DNA of 64,000 nucleotides from the NCBI GenBank assembly GCA_022865305.1, contig JALHSP010000040.1:24611-88610 (forward strand), written 5' to 3'. Below, in pieces: positions 18,008-26,522 of the stretch; within the stretch, counting starts at the first letter, position 1; every line of letters begins with the position of its first letter. The stretch is from Bacteroidales bacterium. Its GTDB lineage: Bacteria; Bacteroidota; Bacteroidia; Bacteroidales; VadinHA17. Below the pieces are notes generated by a model that ran no database searches, had not been told where the DNA came from, and was given only the letters and a program-made list of their open reading frames with translations. The position numbers and the translations under genes are program-made.

Positions 18008-21000
18008 TCACTCTGACTTGGCTTCTCCCGGTTTTTCGACCGTGTACATCAGTGGAAATTCAATATAGAATGTTGTTCCTTTATCAGCCTCCGATTCGAA
18101 CCATATTCTTCCGTTTGAGCTTTCAACATATCTTTTCACAATTGAAAGGCCCAGGCCCATTCCTGAGGATTTTGTTGTGAAATTTGGAGTAAATAGCTTT
18201 TTCTGTAATGCTTCCGGAATACCAACCCCATTGTCTGAAACAGAAATAATGACCTTGTCGCCGTTGATATCAAGATTCACTTTTATCAATCCAGAACGTC
18301 CCTGGGGAATTGATTGTATGCCGTTTTTAAATATATTTGAAAAAACGCTATTAAGCTGTTCTTTATCAGCATAAATGAAGATTTTTCTTTCGTGCGGCCA
18401 GTGTACCCGGAAGGTCGCATCATCAGTATTCCTGAAGAGTTCAATTGTAGTCCTGATCTGCTCGAGAAGGTCGACGATTCCCGGATTGGTACCGGGCATT
18501 TTAGCAAAAGATGAAAATGCTGATGCAATGGAGGAAAGGTTATCAATATATTCTATCTGGTTTTTAGAAAATCCCTCCAGCTTCTTTTCAAAACCGGGAA
18601 CGCCATCTTTCCAGGATTTTAAGAGCTGCTGTACATTAAGCTTCATCGGTGTCAGAGGATTCTTTATCTCATGAGCTATCTGCTTGGCCATCTCTCTCCA
18701 GGCATACTCTCTCTCGGAATTGGCAAGCTTATGGGCACTCTCTTCAAGTTCATCAACCATCATGTTATATTGCCTTACAAGCTCACCTATCTCATCACTT
18801 CCCCTGTAGGAAAGATGCTCGCTCTTTTTACCAAGCTCAACAGAGGCCAGACCTTCACTGAGCATCCTTAGCGGAGAGGCTAACCTCCCGCCAATAAACA
18901 CAGCCAGGCTCATTGCAATTAAAATAAGTAACAGTGTAAAATTTATAACAGCAACTATCAGGTTGGATATCTCTCTGGCGAGAACACTTTGCATCCTGAA
19001 ATAAGGAAGATTCAGGTATATAAGAACATTGTTTTCGGTATTGTAAAAAGGAACATAAGCAGAAATATATTTCAGGTTCCCTATCAGCTCGGTCTGAAAA
19101 TATTCACTTTTTTTAAGATCAGTAAGGTTAATGTGTGCCATAGTATTCATCCTCTGGCTGGTCAGACCGCGAGAGAATATCTCAGGACGGGATGTCGCAA
19201 GAAGAAATCCATTTAAATCATACAGGTTTATGTCAGTGTTGAAAATATTTGAAAATTTAATCAGAAGTTCATTCAAAGATGAATAGGTATTGTTACTCCA
19301 GTCAGGAGCCAGACGTTTCTCTCCTGAGATCTTACTGTCAAGCTCAAGATAAATAGAATTCACCTTTTCCTTAATGTTTTCGTTGTGTTTTGAATGGTAT
19401 TGCCTGATAGTAAAAAATATTACGACAATGCCGACCGATACAAATGAAAATAAAAGGATACCTATAAACGACAACTGGAGTTTCTGGCGGAAGTTAAGAT
19501 TATGTACTCCCCTTACCATGGGTCGTCTGATAATCAGCAGTACAAGATTTGTAAAAAGAAAAATGAAAGCGAATAAATATGTAAATGATATTATAACGTC
19601 GCCGATGCTTAATTCAGGTTTACTTAATACTACAGTTACGTTACTGTTTTTGAAGAGGATATGCTTAAATCCTTCAAGATTAAAGATCCTGTATTCAGAA
19701 TTCTTATCTACATAATCAACATCAGTCTTATTGTAAGGGAATTCTCCGGATTTAAGTACAATTTCACCATTAATATATTTTGCAAAGGAGTAATCTTTCA
19801 GTCCTGAATATACACGGAACTTTTTGTCGAGCAATAGTTCAGTATATCCTGGCTGCAATTTATTCACATCGCTGTAAAGCTCTATAAATAATCCATTTGT
19901 TACCGTCTGGTCCTTTTTTATAAATATCTGTCCAAGGTAATATGACCTTCCACCCTGATTATCTATAAAGTAGAAACCTGTTCCGGTAAGCCTGTGACCA
20001 TTTTTTAGGATGCGCTCATTGAAAAAATCAAAACAGTTTTCGACCAGATCACCGCTCTGGCCTATCCACAGGGAATCATCATTGCGGCATAAGTAAATAC
20101 TGTAGTTATAATTACCCCAGTAGCCGCTGAAATAATTTTCACGCAGATAGTCTGAAATGCCGGTATAATGATCCTGGAAATATTCGGAACCCATCATTTT
20201 CTGAAACAGAGAATCTCTCTCCAGCTCAGACCACAAATCAAGCAGCAGATTTTCCGCCTCAGGATCATGGTCGGCTGAAAGAGAAATTGCCTGGATCTTA
20301 AGATTATCTGTTGCTTTCTTCTCAGAAAATACCGTAATTATTAAAAGGGAATACAAACCGAATACCATGGAAAAGATTACTGACATACTAAAGCTGCCAA
20401 TTTTTCTTCTCCCGGTAATCCAGATAAGGATCGTGATGATTAAATAGAAAATCACTGAAGCAGACAGAGCTCCCGGATCATTAAAAAACATTAGTACGAA
20501 AACAATCAGGGATGTTATTAAAGGTAAAATAATTGCATTAAATGTCAGTTCCCTGGCAAGCTGAAATATCTTTAGAAGTAAAAATAAAGGTACTAGTAAA
20601 AGTAGAATGACAGATGCGTATCCTGCAGCACTGAAGAAACTTAATTTCAGCACTTTATAAGTTTCAAAGTTTATATTTGAGTCATAGATGAGCTGGCAGA
20701 AAAGTGTATGAAGCAGGCAAAAAAGCAGGCCTGCGGCTGTAAATAATAATGTCAGAATTAAATAATTCTTCAACTGTTTCTTACTTTGCAATTCTTCAAT
20801 CGGGAAATACCTGTTAAAGACATATGAAAAAACTGCAGCGAGGATACTGAATAAAACAAGATGGCCCAATGAAGGGATTATACTATTCAGTGAGAATATA
20901 TACGGAGAAAATAATCCTGTCCGGAAAATTACTTCAGGCTTACCGGTAAGAAGAACCAGCCCGTAAATCAAAGTAAAAATCAAAAAACAACCGGTAACAG

Positions 21001-21718
21001 CGAGAATATTCTTTCGAAGACTTACCAGGATCTTTACCAGTTCAAGAGTGAGCAGCAAAACCAGCAGGAATGCAGTTAACCATAGCATTAACGGGATAAA
21101 GATAAAAAATGTACTACTCTTTACTTCTGGGAAAACTAGGGAAAAAAGGAATGTCCCATCACTTTTATAAACACGATAATCTGAATCATGATCTTCTGTA
21201 CTGAGTCCGACATCAGCAGGTATTTTGAAATCCTTTTCAAATCCATTTTTTATGATATCGTTTTCAAAACCATAATCTGAATGCACCCTGAGTAATCCGA
21301 CAAATTTTTCATTCCCTGCCTGGACTGTTGCAGGAATGAACCAGCCATTCTGCAGGAAGATAAGAGGCTTTGAATATAATGTGTCGTCCTGAATTAATTT
21401 GACAGTAAAACCATTATCAGACCAATAGATAAGTCGGTTATCAAAGTACTCCAGGATTGTTATTTTATGCTGATCTGCAAGTGAAAAAATATCTATTTGT
21501 GAAACTGATCCGTGCGGTTCTCCCCTGGCAAGCACAATACTCAGACGATTGAGACAATCATCCATTATTTTCTCCTTCTCAGCAAGTATTTTATTGAATC
21601 GCCTGGTTCTGAAATGGTATTCAAAATCGCTGAAATATAAAGATTCAGCTGTCAGCGCCAACACCAGGAGCACAACGGCAGAGATGACAAAAAATAACCT
21701 GTAACGTTTTTCTTTCAT
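18008..21718 (-). CDS. large polytopic sensor histidine kinase (about 12 TM, HAMP, HisKA, HATPase_c)
   Basis: 1236 aa. H-box AHEIKNPLTPM, N-box FSNIFKNGIQS, G-boxes DNGVGIP and GMGLGLSIVK. A HAMP-like segment follows the last TM helix. By hydrophobicity there are three large non-membrane loops (aa ~30-200, ~470-710, ~775-920). Confidence 0.85.
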   Translation of the reverse strand: MKEKRYRLFFVISAVVLLVLALTAESLYFSDFEYHFRTRRFNKILAEKEKIMDDCLNRLSIVLARGEPHGSVSQIDIFSLADQHKITILEYFDNRLIYWSDNGFTVKLIQDDTLYSKPLIFLQNGWFIPATVQAGNEKFVGLLRVHSDYGFENDIIKNGFEKDFKIPADVGLSTEDHDSDYRVYKSDGTFLFSLVFPEVKSSTFFIFIPLMLWLTAFLLVLLLTLELVKILVSLRKNILAVTGCFLIFTLIYGLVLLTGKPEVIFRTGLFSPYIFSLNSIIPSLGHLVLFSILAAVFSYVFNRYFPIEELQSKKQLKNYLILTLLFTAAGLLFCLLHTLFCQLIYDSNINFETYKVLKLSFFSAAGYASVILLLLVPLFLLLKIFQLARELTFNAIILPLITSLIVFVLMFFNDPGALSASVIFYLIITILIWITGRRKIGSFSMSVIFSMVFGLYSLLIITVFSEKKATDNLKIQAISLSADHDPEAENLLLDLWSELERDSLFQKMMGSEYFQDHYTGISDYLRENYFSGYWGNYNYSIYLCRNDDSLWIGQSGDLVENCFDFFNERILKNGHRLTGTGFYFIDNQGGRSYYLGQIFIKKDQTVTNGLFIELYSDVNKLQPGYTELLLDKKFRVYSGLKDYSFAKYINGEIVLKSGEFPYNKTDVDYVDKNSEYRIFNLEGFKHILFKNSNVTVVLSKPELSIGDVIISFTYLFAFIFLFTNLVLLIIRRPMVRGVHNLNFRQKLQLSFIGILLFSFVSVGIVVIFFTIRQYHSKHNENIKEKVNSIYLELDSKISGEKRLAPDWSNNTYSSLNELLIKFSNIFNTDINLYDLNGFLLATSRPEIFSRGLTSQRMNTMAHINLTDLKKSEYFQTELIGNLKYISAYVPFYNTENNVLIYLNLPYFRMQSVLAREISNLIVAVINFTLLLILIAMSLAVFIGGRLASPLRMLSEGLASVELGKKSEHLSYRGSDEIGELVRQYNMMVDELEESAHKLANSEREYAWREMAKQIAHEIKNPLTPMKLNVQQLLKSWKDGVPGFEKKLEGFSKNQIEYIDNLSSIASAFSSFAKMPGTNPGIVDLLEQIRTTIELFRNTDDATFRVHWPHERKIFIYADKEQLNSVFSNIFKNGIQSIPQGRSGLIKVNLDINGDKVIISVSDNGVGIPEALQKKLFTPNFTTKSSGMGLGLSIVKRYVESSNGRIWFESEADKGTTFYIEFPLMYTVEKPGEAKSE

Positions 21719-21734
21719 AACTGTAAGTTACGGA

Positions 21735-22208
21735 TTATTCATGATGATAGGATTCGCCTTTAATAATAGTGAATACTCGGTACAATTGCTCCAGAAACAA
21801 TAATCGTACCATCTGATGCGGTAAAGTCATCCTGGAAAGAGAGAGCCGGAAGTCAGCATGAGAATAAACTTCATCTGAGAAACCCCACGGGCCGCCAACT
21901 ATAAATATAATTCGTTTCCCCGGAACCATTAAGCGTTTTTCAAACCATTCTGCAAATTCAATTGTTCTGTATTCCCTGCCCCTTTCATCAAGCAGTATGA
22001 TATAATCATCCTTTCTGATCATTTGAATGATCTTCTTCCCTTCTTTAATCTTTTGTTCATATGAAGACATATTCCGGGTATTTTTGATATCCGGCACTGT
22101 AATAATTTCAAATCCGGAATATTTCCTGATACGGGTAGAAAATATTTCTGAACCCTCCGCAATATATCTTTCAGTTGTTTTACCTGTCTGCAAGAGGACA
22201 ATCTTCAT
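21735..22208 (-). CDS. rlmH: 23S rRNA (pseudouridine1915-N3)-methyltransferase RlmH
   Basis: 157 aa SPOUT-family protein. Typical of RlmH are MKIVLLQTGKT..., ...GGPWGFSDEV... and the C-terminal ESYHHE. Confidence 0.9.
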   Translation of the reverse strand: MKIVLLQTGKTTERYIAEGSEIFSTRIRKYSGFEIITVPDIKNTRNMSSYEQKIKEGKKIIQMIRKDDYIILLDERGREYRTIEFAEWFEKRLMVPGKRIIFIVGGPWGFSDEVYSHADFRLSLSRMTLPHQMVRLLFLEQLYRVFTIIKGESYHHE

Positions 22209-22257
22209 AATTATTGGCGCGACTTTTGTGCATAAGGAATTTGCATAGCATAATATG

Positions 22258-22265
22258 CAAAAATA
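22258..22265 (-). promoter_or_regulatory. Bacteroidota-type -7 promoter box upstream of rlmH
   Basis: Exact TATTTTTG on the minus strand, 49 nt upstream of the ATG at 22208. The inverted repeat TGCATA-N6-TATGCA (22242-22259) lies immediately downstream of it. Confidence 0.4.
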
Positions 22266-22321
22266 TAATTAATAACGTGCCTTTGCAATTATAATTTTAT
22301 TGCTAAGGCATAACTGGTTTT

Positions 22322-22357
22322 CCTGAATGAAATTAGTAAAACCTGAATGAAATTAGT
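22322..22357 (+). promoter_or_regulatory. two perfect 16-bp direct repeats (CCTGAATGAAATTAGT) with 20-bp period, abutting the -7 box of the DUF4783-nadC promoter
   Basis: Repeat copies at 22322-22337 and 22342-22357. The second copy ends 1 nt before TAAATTTG (22358-22365). Confidence 0.4.
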
Positions 22358-22365
22358 TAAATTTG
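22358..22365 (+). promoter_or_regulatory. Bacteroidota-type -7 promoter box upstream of DUF4783-nadC-yihY
   Basis: Exact TAAATTTG, 41 nt upstream of the ATG at 22407. Confidence 0.45.
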
Positions 22366-22406
22366 TGTTGTTGTGATTTTTAAAGTCGGCAAAAAACTAT
22401 AATCTG

Positions 22407-22811
22407 ATGAAACTCATAAGTATTGTTCCGGTGATTTTGTTTGCAATAAACAGCATTTCCCTTTCTGCCCAGGAACAAGTTAAAATCCCGGGAGGAATAG
22501 CTATCGCGATTAAAGCCGGAAATGCTGCTGAATTAGCGAAGTATCTGAATTCTACTGTTGAACTTCTTCTTCTCGATAAAGAGGATTTCTATAAAAAGAA
22601 TGTTGCAGAAACAATTCTGAAAGATTTTTTTCATGATTATCAGACAAAAGATTTTGTTATTCGTCACCAGGGTGCAACAAATGAAGCACAGTATGCTATC
22701 GGAAACCTTAAAACCGAGAAAGGTGATTTCAGAGTCTATTTTCTTCTTAAAAAAGTAAATCAGGAATTACTGATACATCAGATACGAATAGAGTCCGACA
22801 ATGGAAAGTAG
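22407..22811 (+). CDS. DUF4783-like small secreted protein
   Basis: 134 aa with a signal peptide. From memory, the pattern (AIKAGNAAELAKYL...VELLL...ILKDFF...FVIRHQG...YAIGNLKTEKGDFRVYFLLKK) matches DUF4783 proteins that commonly precede nadC in Bacteroidota. Overlaps nadC by 11 nt. Confidence 0.6.
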   Translation: MKLISIVPVILFAINSISLSAQEQVKIPGGIAIAIKAGNAAELAKYLNSTVELLLLDKEDFYKKNVAETILKDFFHDYQTKDFVIRHQGATNEAQYAIGNLKTEKGDFRVYFLLKKVNQELLIHQIRIESDNGK

Positions 22812-23643
22812 GATTCTCAGGGATTTCATAATAAGGAGCATTGGTGAAGATCTCGGTGACGGTGATCATTCCTCTCTCGCATGTATTCCATGGGAAGCAA
22901 CCGGTAAAGCAAAGCTGCTCATAAAAGAAGAAGGTTTGCTTGCCGGAGTCAAAGCAGCCATGGAAGTCTTCTCTGCAATTGATAAAGATATGGTTTGTGA
23001 CGTACTGATTGAAGATGGGAGACAAATTGCTCCCGGAGACATCGCTTTTTATGTTTCCGGCAGACAACAGTCTATCCTTAAATCAGAACGCCTCGTACTG
23101 AATATTATGCAGAGGATGAGCGGGATAGCGACAAACACATTTAAATATACAAACCTTATTAAAGGACTTAAAGCTAAAATTTTAGATACCCGTAAAACAA
23201 CTCCTGGTTTAAGGTTTCTTGAAAAGGAAGCTGTAAGAATAGGGGGAGGATTAAACCACAGGATGGGATTATTTGATATGATAATGCTTAAAGATAATCA
23301 TATTGTTTATGCCGGTGGCATTGAAAAAGCTATTGAAAAGACAAGAGAATATTTAAAAAAAAGCAGCAGAAAGCTAAAGATTGAAATAGAAGCAAGAAAT
23401 ATCGATGATGTTAAACAGATTCTCTCGCTTGGTGGAGTAAACCGCATAATGCTTGATAATTTCAACATAGAGGATACCGTTACAGCGGTAAATCTGATTG
23501 CAGGAAGGTATGAAACAGAATCATCAGGAGGTATTACTCTCGAAAATGTCAGGGCATATGCAGAATGTGGGGTTGATTTTATATCCGTAGGAGCACTTAC
23601 TCATCATATCAAAAGCCTGGATATGAGCTTAAAAGCCGTCTAG
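22801..23643 (+). CDS. nadC: nicotinate-nucleotide diphosphorylase (carboxylating)
   Basis: 280 aa quinolinate phosphoribosyltransferase: ...ILDTRKTTPGLR.LEK.AV..GGG.NHR.GLFD..MLKDNH... Confidence 0.92.
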   Translation: MESRILRDFIIRSIGEDLGDGDHSSLACIPWEATGKAKLLIKEEGLLAGVKAAMEVFSAIDKDMVCDVLIEDGRQIAPGDIAFYVSGRQQSILKSERLVLNIMQRMSGIATNTFKYTNLIKGLKAKILDTRKTTPGLRFLEKEAVRIGGGLNHRMGLFDMIMLKDNHIVYAGGIEKAIEKTREYLKKSSRKLKIEIEARNIDDVKQILSLGGVNRIMLDNFNIEDTVTAVNLIAGRYETESSGGITLENVRAYAECGVDFISVGALTHHIKSLDMSLKAV

Positions 23644-23646
23644 ATT

Positions 23647-24594
23647 ATGCATTTTATTAAAGGGATTCCGGAATTTAAGGGTAAGGAGAAGATGAATAAA
23701 CTTGTTCTTCCCGGATTTGACGGAGTCCCAATAAGTCATGTTATCAGATTTGTTGTAAAAGGCTTTCAGAAAGGCGTTCTGGTTACAAGGGCCTCGTCCA
23801 TTGCCTTCAACCTTCTTATGGCACTTCTTCCGGCTTCGATTTTTCTTTTCACTCTTATACCGTTTATTCCAATCCCGAATTTTCAGGAAGAACTTATTAA
23901 ACTCTTTGAAAGCATAATCCCGGCCAATGCTTTCAGTTTTCTCGAAACAACTATAATAGATATTGTTACAAATAAAAGCGGAGGATTGTTGCTTGTTATG
24001 TTTTTAGCAACCATCTTTTTTTCTACAAACGGTATTCATGCCATTATTCACGCATTTGTCGTTTCCGCACACTCATTCAAATCAAGATCATGGGTTAACC
24101 AGAGAAAGATTTCTGTAATTCTGCTGCTTATTGTAGTCTTTATGATTTCAATCGCAGGCTTTATGGTAATATTCGGGAAAATGGCTGTAAACAGTCTCAT
24201 TGAACTTAATATCCTTGAGAGGAACCTTGTGATATTTAATTTTATCTTTCTTAAATGGATCGTGGTAATTCTTTTACTTTTTAACGCAATTTCATTCCTC
24301 TACTACCTTGCTCCAGCCAAAAGAACCGATTTCAGATTCGTATCCCCCGGATCAACTCTTGCAACACTATTATTTATCCTGACATCCCTGGGATTTTCTG
24401 CATATGTGAACAATTTCGGACAATACAATCAGCTTTATGGCTGGATAGGAACCCTTATGGTTATACTTATTTGGTTGTATCTGAATTCAATAGCACTGCT
24501 TATAGGTTTTGAACTGAATGTCAGTATTAAAGCTGCAAGGGACGAAGATGAAGAAAGGAACCGTACTGTCAGCCGCAATGAAGAAACTGTCTGA
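23647..24594 (+). CDS. YihY/virulence factor BrkB family membrane protein
   Basis: 315 aa with about 6 TM helices and family-typical segments (ASSIAFNLLMALLPASIF; YYLAP...F..V.PGS; YG..G.L...IWLY). An alternative start is the ATG at 23692. Confidence 0.85.
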   Translation: MHFIKGIPEFKGKEKMNKLVLPGFDGVPISHVIRFVVKGFQKGVLVTRASSIAFNLLMALLPASIFLFTLIPFIPIPNFQEELIKLFESIIPANAFSFLETTIIDIVTNKSGGLLLVMFLATIFFSTNGIHAIIHAFVVSAHSFKSRSWVNQRKISVILLLIVVFMISIAGFMVIFGKMAVNSLIELNILERNLVIFNFIFLKWIVVILLLFNAISFLYYLAPAKRTDFRFVSPGSTLATLLFILTSLGFSAYVNNFGQYNQLYGWIGTLMVILIWLYLNSIALLIGFELNVSIKAARDEDEERNRTVSRNEETV

Positions 24595-25029
24595 CAAGAT
24601 TGCTGATCTCTTCCTGCTTATTATAAAGCCGTTCGCTAAGATCCCTGTCATTAAACGCTTTCAGTCCGGAAACAACATTATCAATTACATTTGATGGGAA
24701 AACCCCGTCCTTTTCAAATACTTTTCGCCGTGCCAGCAGGCAATCAGCCGATGTATATGCATACCTGAACCTGATTCCATGAATGAAAACAAACTTGATC
24801 CATCCACCCTTTCCCCGGCTGTTAAAATCGATTCAAAATGACCCTTACTGAAGGGCACAAAATTAAGCGACTTTAGTTTGCCATCCTCTGCAACATATCT
24901 GAAATTAAGCATTGTTATCCCTTTGGCTTCAATAAACCTGACAATATCATCACGGGTAAAATCATGAGGTGGTTTCTTCAGAAACTGAACCAGCTCATTC
25001 GGATTCATAATAATGTCGTTATTTTTCAT
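24569..25029 (-). pseudogene. glutamine synthetase remnant: N-terminal ~88 codons joined out of frame to the C-terminal ~64 codons (about 1 kb internal deletion)
   Basis: Frame 1 (25029-24685) reads MNPNELVQFLKKPPHDFTRDDIVRFIEAKGITMLNFRYVAEDGKLKSLNFV...GERVDGSSLFSFMESGS, then junk and a stop. Shifting by 1 nt from ~24763, my translation reads YAYTSADCLLARRKVFEKDGVFPSNVIDNVVSGLKAFNDRDLSERLYNKQEEISNLVRQFLHCG, with the stop at 24571-24569. By recollection, both pieces resemble the two ends of the ~500-aa Bacteroides-type glutamine synthetase. Confidence 0.65.
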
Positions 25030-25203
25030 CCCGGAATAAATTTATTGGCTGCAAAAACAAATATTTAAATTGAACATCATATGATTAAAGTCCTTTACCA
25101 TTCTGATTATTCCTGCAATATGACTTATTGACGGATTTTTCAATAGTAAAAGTTTTGGAAAAAATGGATGTTTCATTACTTTTAAGGCACCAAAAATGCA
25201 TGC

Positions 25204-26505
25204 ATGAAGAGATTGATTATTTTACCTGTTCTCCTTTTTCTGTTTAGCTGTAAAGGCGAACTAAATGATAATTACTTTACGCCAGAAAAGGCAGTACAGT
25301 ATTTTAAAAAGATTGAAAACATCTGCAATATAGATAACGGAAAACTCTGGGGGAAGAACCTTTACGGACCCCTAATGTTTGTTGACAGATCCACAAGGAA
25401 AATCATTGCGAACCAGCCTGATAATAATGGCATCTTAAAAGAAAAAGATGGTATTTATACCGGCATTTATCCTAAAGAACTTATAATTAACAATATCGCT
25501 ATTACTTTTGGAGGGACATTATTTGCCCTCTCTCCTCTTCCCGGTGAAGAAGATAATTACAGGATCCTATCGCGGGCAATTCATAGTCTCTTTCATCGCT
25601 TCCAGGAGACCATCGGATATACGTCTTCAGGCTTTAATACCTGGAACATGGATGAAAAGAATGCTAGGCTCTGGATCAAACTCGAATGGAAGGCATTGCA
25701 GAAGGCAATTAATTCAACCGGTGAAGAACAACAGCTTGCAATCAGGGATGCACTTGTTTTCAGGGGATCAAACAGGGAACTTTACCAGAAATATTCCGCT
25801 GATGAAACCAGATTTGAGAATTATGAAGGGCTAGCTACTTTCACATATATTCTCCTGTCCACCAACTCGCCGGAGGAAAATAAAAAAAGGTTATTCGAAT
25901 ACCTCGACAGGATTTATTCTTTTCAGTCATATGCAAGATCATACGGTTTTATACATGGAGCATTATATGCCATTCTTATGCATCAGAAAGAATTTGATTT
26001 TTCAGCAATACGTTCAGAAAACACCGATCTTGGGAATATCGTAAAAGAGCTCTATAGCATTCAGCTGCCAGTTATTTGCCGGGATGTTGCCGGCAGCCTG
26101 GCTGTAAATTATGATATCGAAAATATCTATAAGGAGGAAGAAAAACGTGAAATGGATATTAAAGGAAGGCTCCAGCGGGAGATCAGCATTTTCACCGAAA
26201 AACCTGTAGTTTTCCTTGAACTTGAAAGTCCTTATTTTGATTTCGAACCTGAAGACATACACTCATTGGATACACTGGGTACACTTTACCGTACGATTCG
26301 TGTTTCAGATAACTGGGGAAAACTTACGGTCGACAAGGGAGGTTGCCTGATATCAAATAACCTTAAATTTCTCCGTATCACAGCCAAAGGATTTAAAGAA
26401 GATAAAAACAGGATTTCAGGAGAAGGATGGCATCTTGTTTTAAATAACGAATGGGAGCTGGTTCTGGTTAATGAAAATTATCTGGTTAGGAGGCTGGCAC
26501 CGTAG
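25204..26505 (+). CDS. hypothetical lipoprotein
   Basis: 433 aa with signal peptide and lipobox (LLFLFSC). No family that I can name with confidence. Confidence 0.6.
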   Translation: MKRLIILPVLLFLFSCKGELNDNYFTPEKAVQYFKKIENICNIDNGKLWGKNLYGPLMFVDRSTRKIIANQPDNNGILKEKDGIYTGIYPKELIINNIAITFGGTLFALSPLPGEEDNYRILSRAIHSLFHRFQETIGYTSSGFNTWNMDEKNARLWIKLEWKALQKAINSTGEEQQLAIRDALVFRGSNRELYQKYSADETRFENYEGLATFTYILLSTNSPEENKKRLFEYLDRIYSFQSYARSYGFIHGALYAILMHQKEFDFSAIRSENTDLGNIVKELYSIQLPVICRDVAGSLAVNYDIENIYKEEEKREMDIKGRLQREISIFTEKPVVFLELESPYFDFEPEDIHSLDTLGTLYRTIRVSDNWGKLTVDKGGCLISNNLKFLRITAKGFKEDKNRISGEGWHLVLNNEWELVLVNENYLVRRLAP

Positions 26506-26522
26506 TCTTCGGGTCTTGTATT

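Noticed and set aside
24685-25029. Treating the 114-aa ORF as an intact small beta-grasp protein gene
   Set aside because: Its last ~25 residues are frame-shift junk, and the adjacent shifted frame continues with a GS-like C-terminus. It is better explained as a deletion remnant.
25204-26505. HSLFH ... ENYEGLATF in the 433-aa lipoprotein as a degenerate gluzincin (HExxH + E) metallopeptidase signature
   Set aside because: The catalytic Glu is missing, the spacing (~75 aa) is atypical, and I cannot run the profile search that would be needed. It is left as hypothetical.
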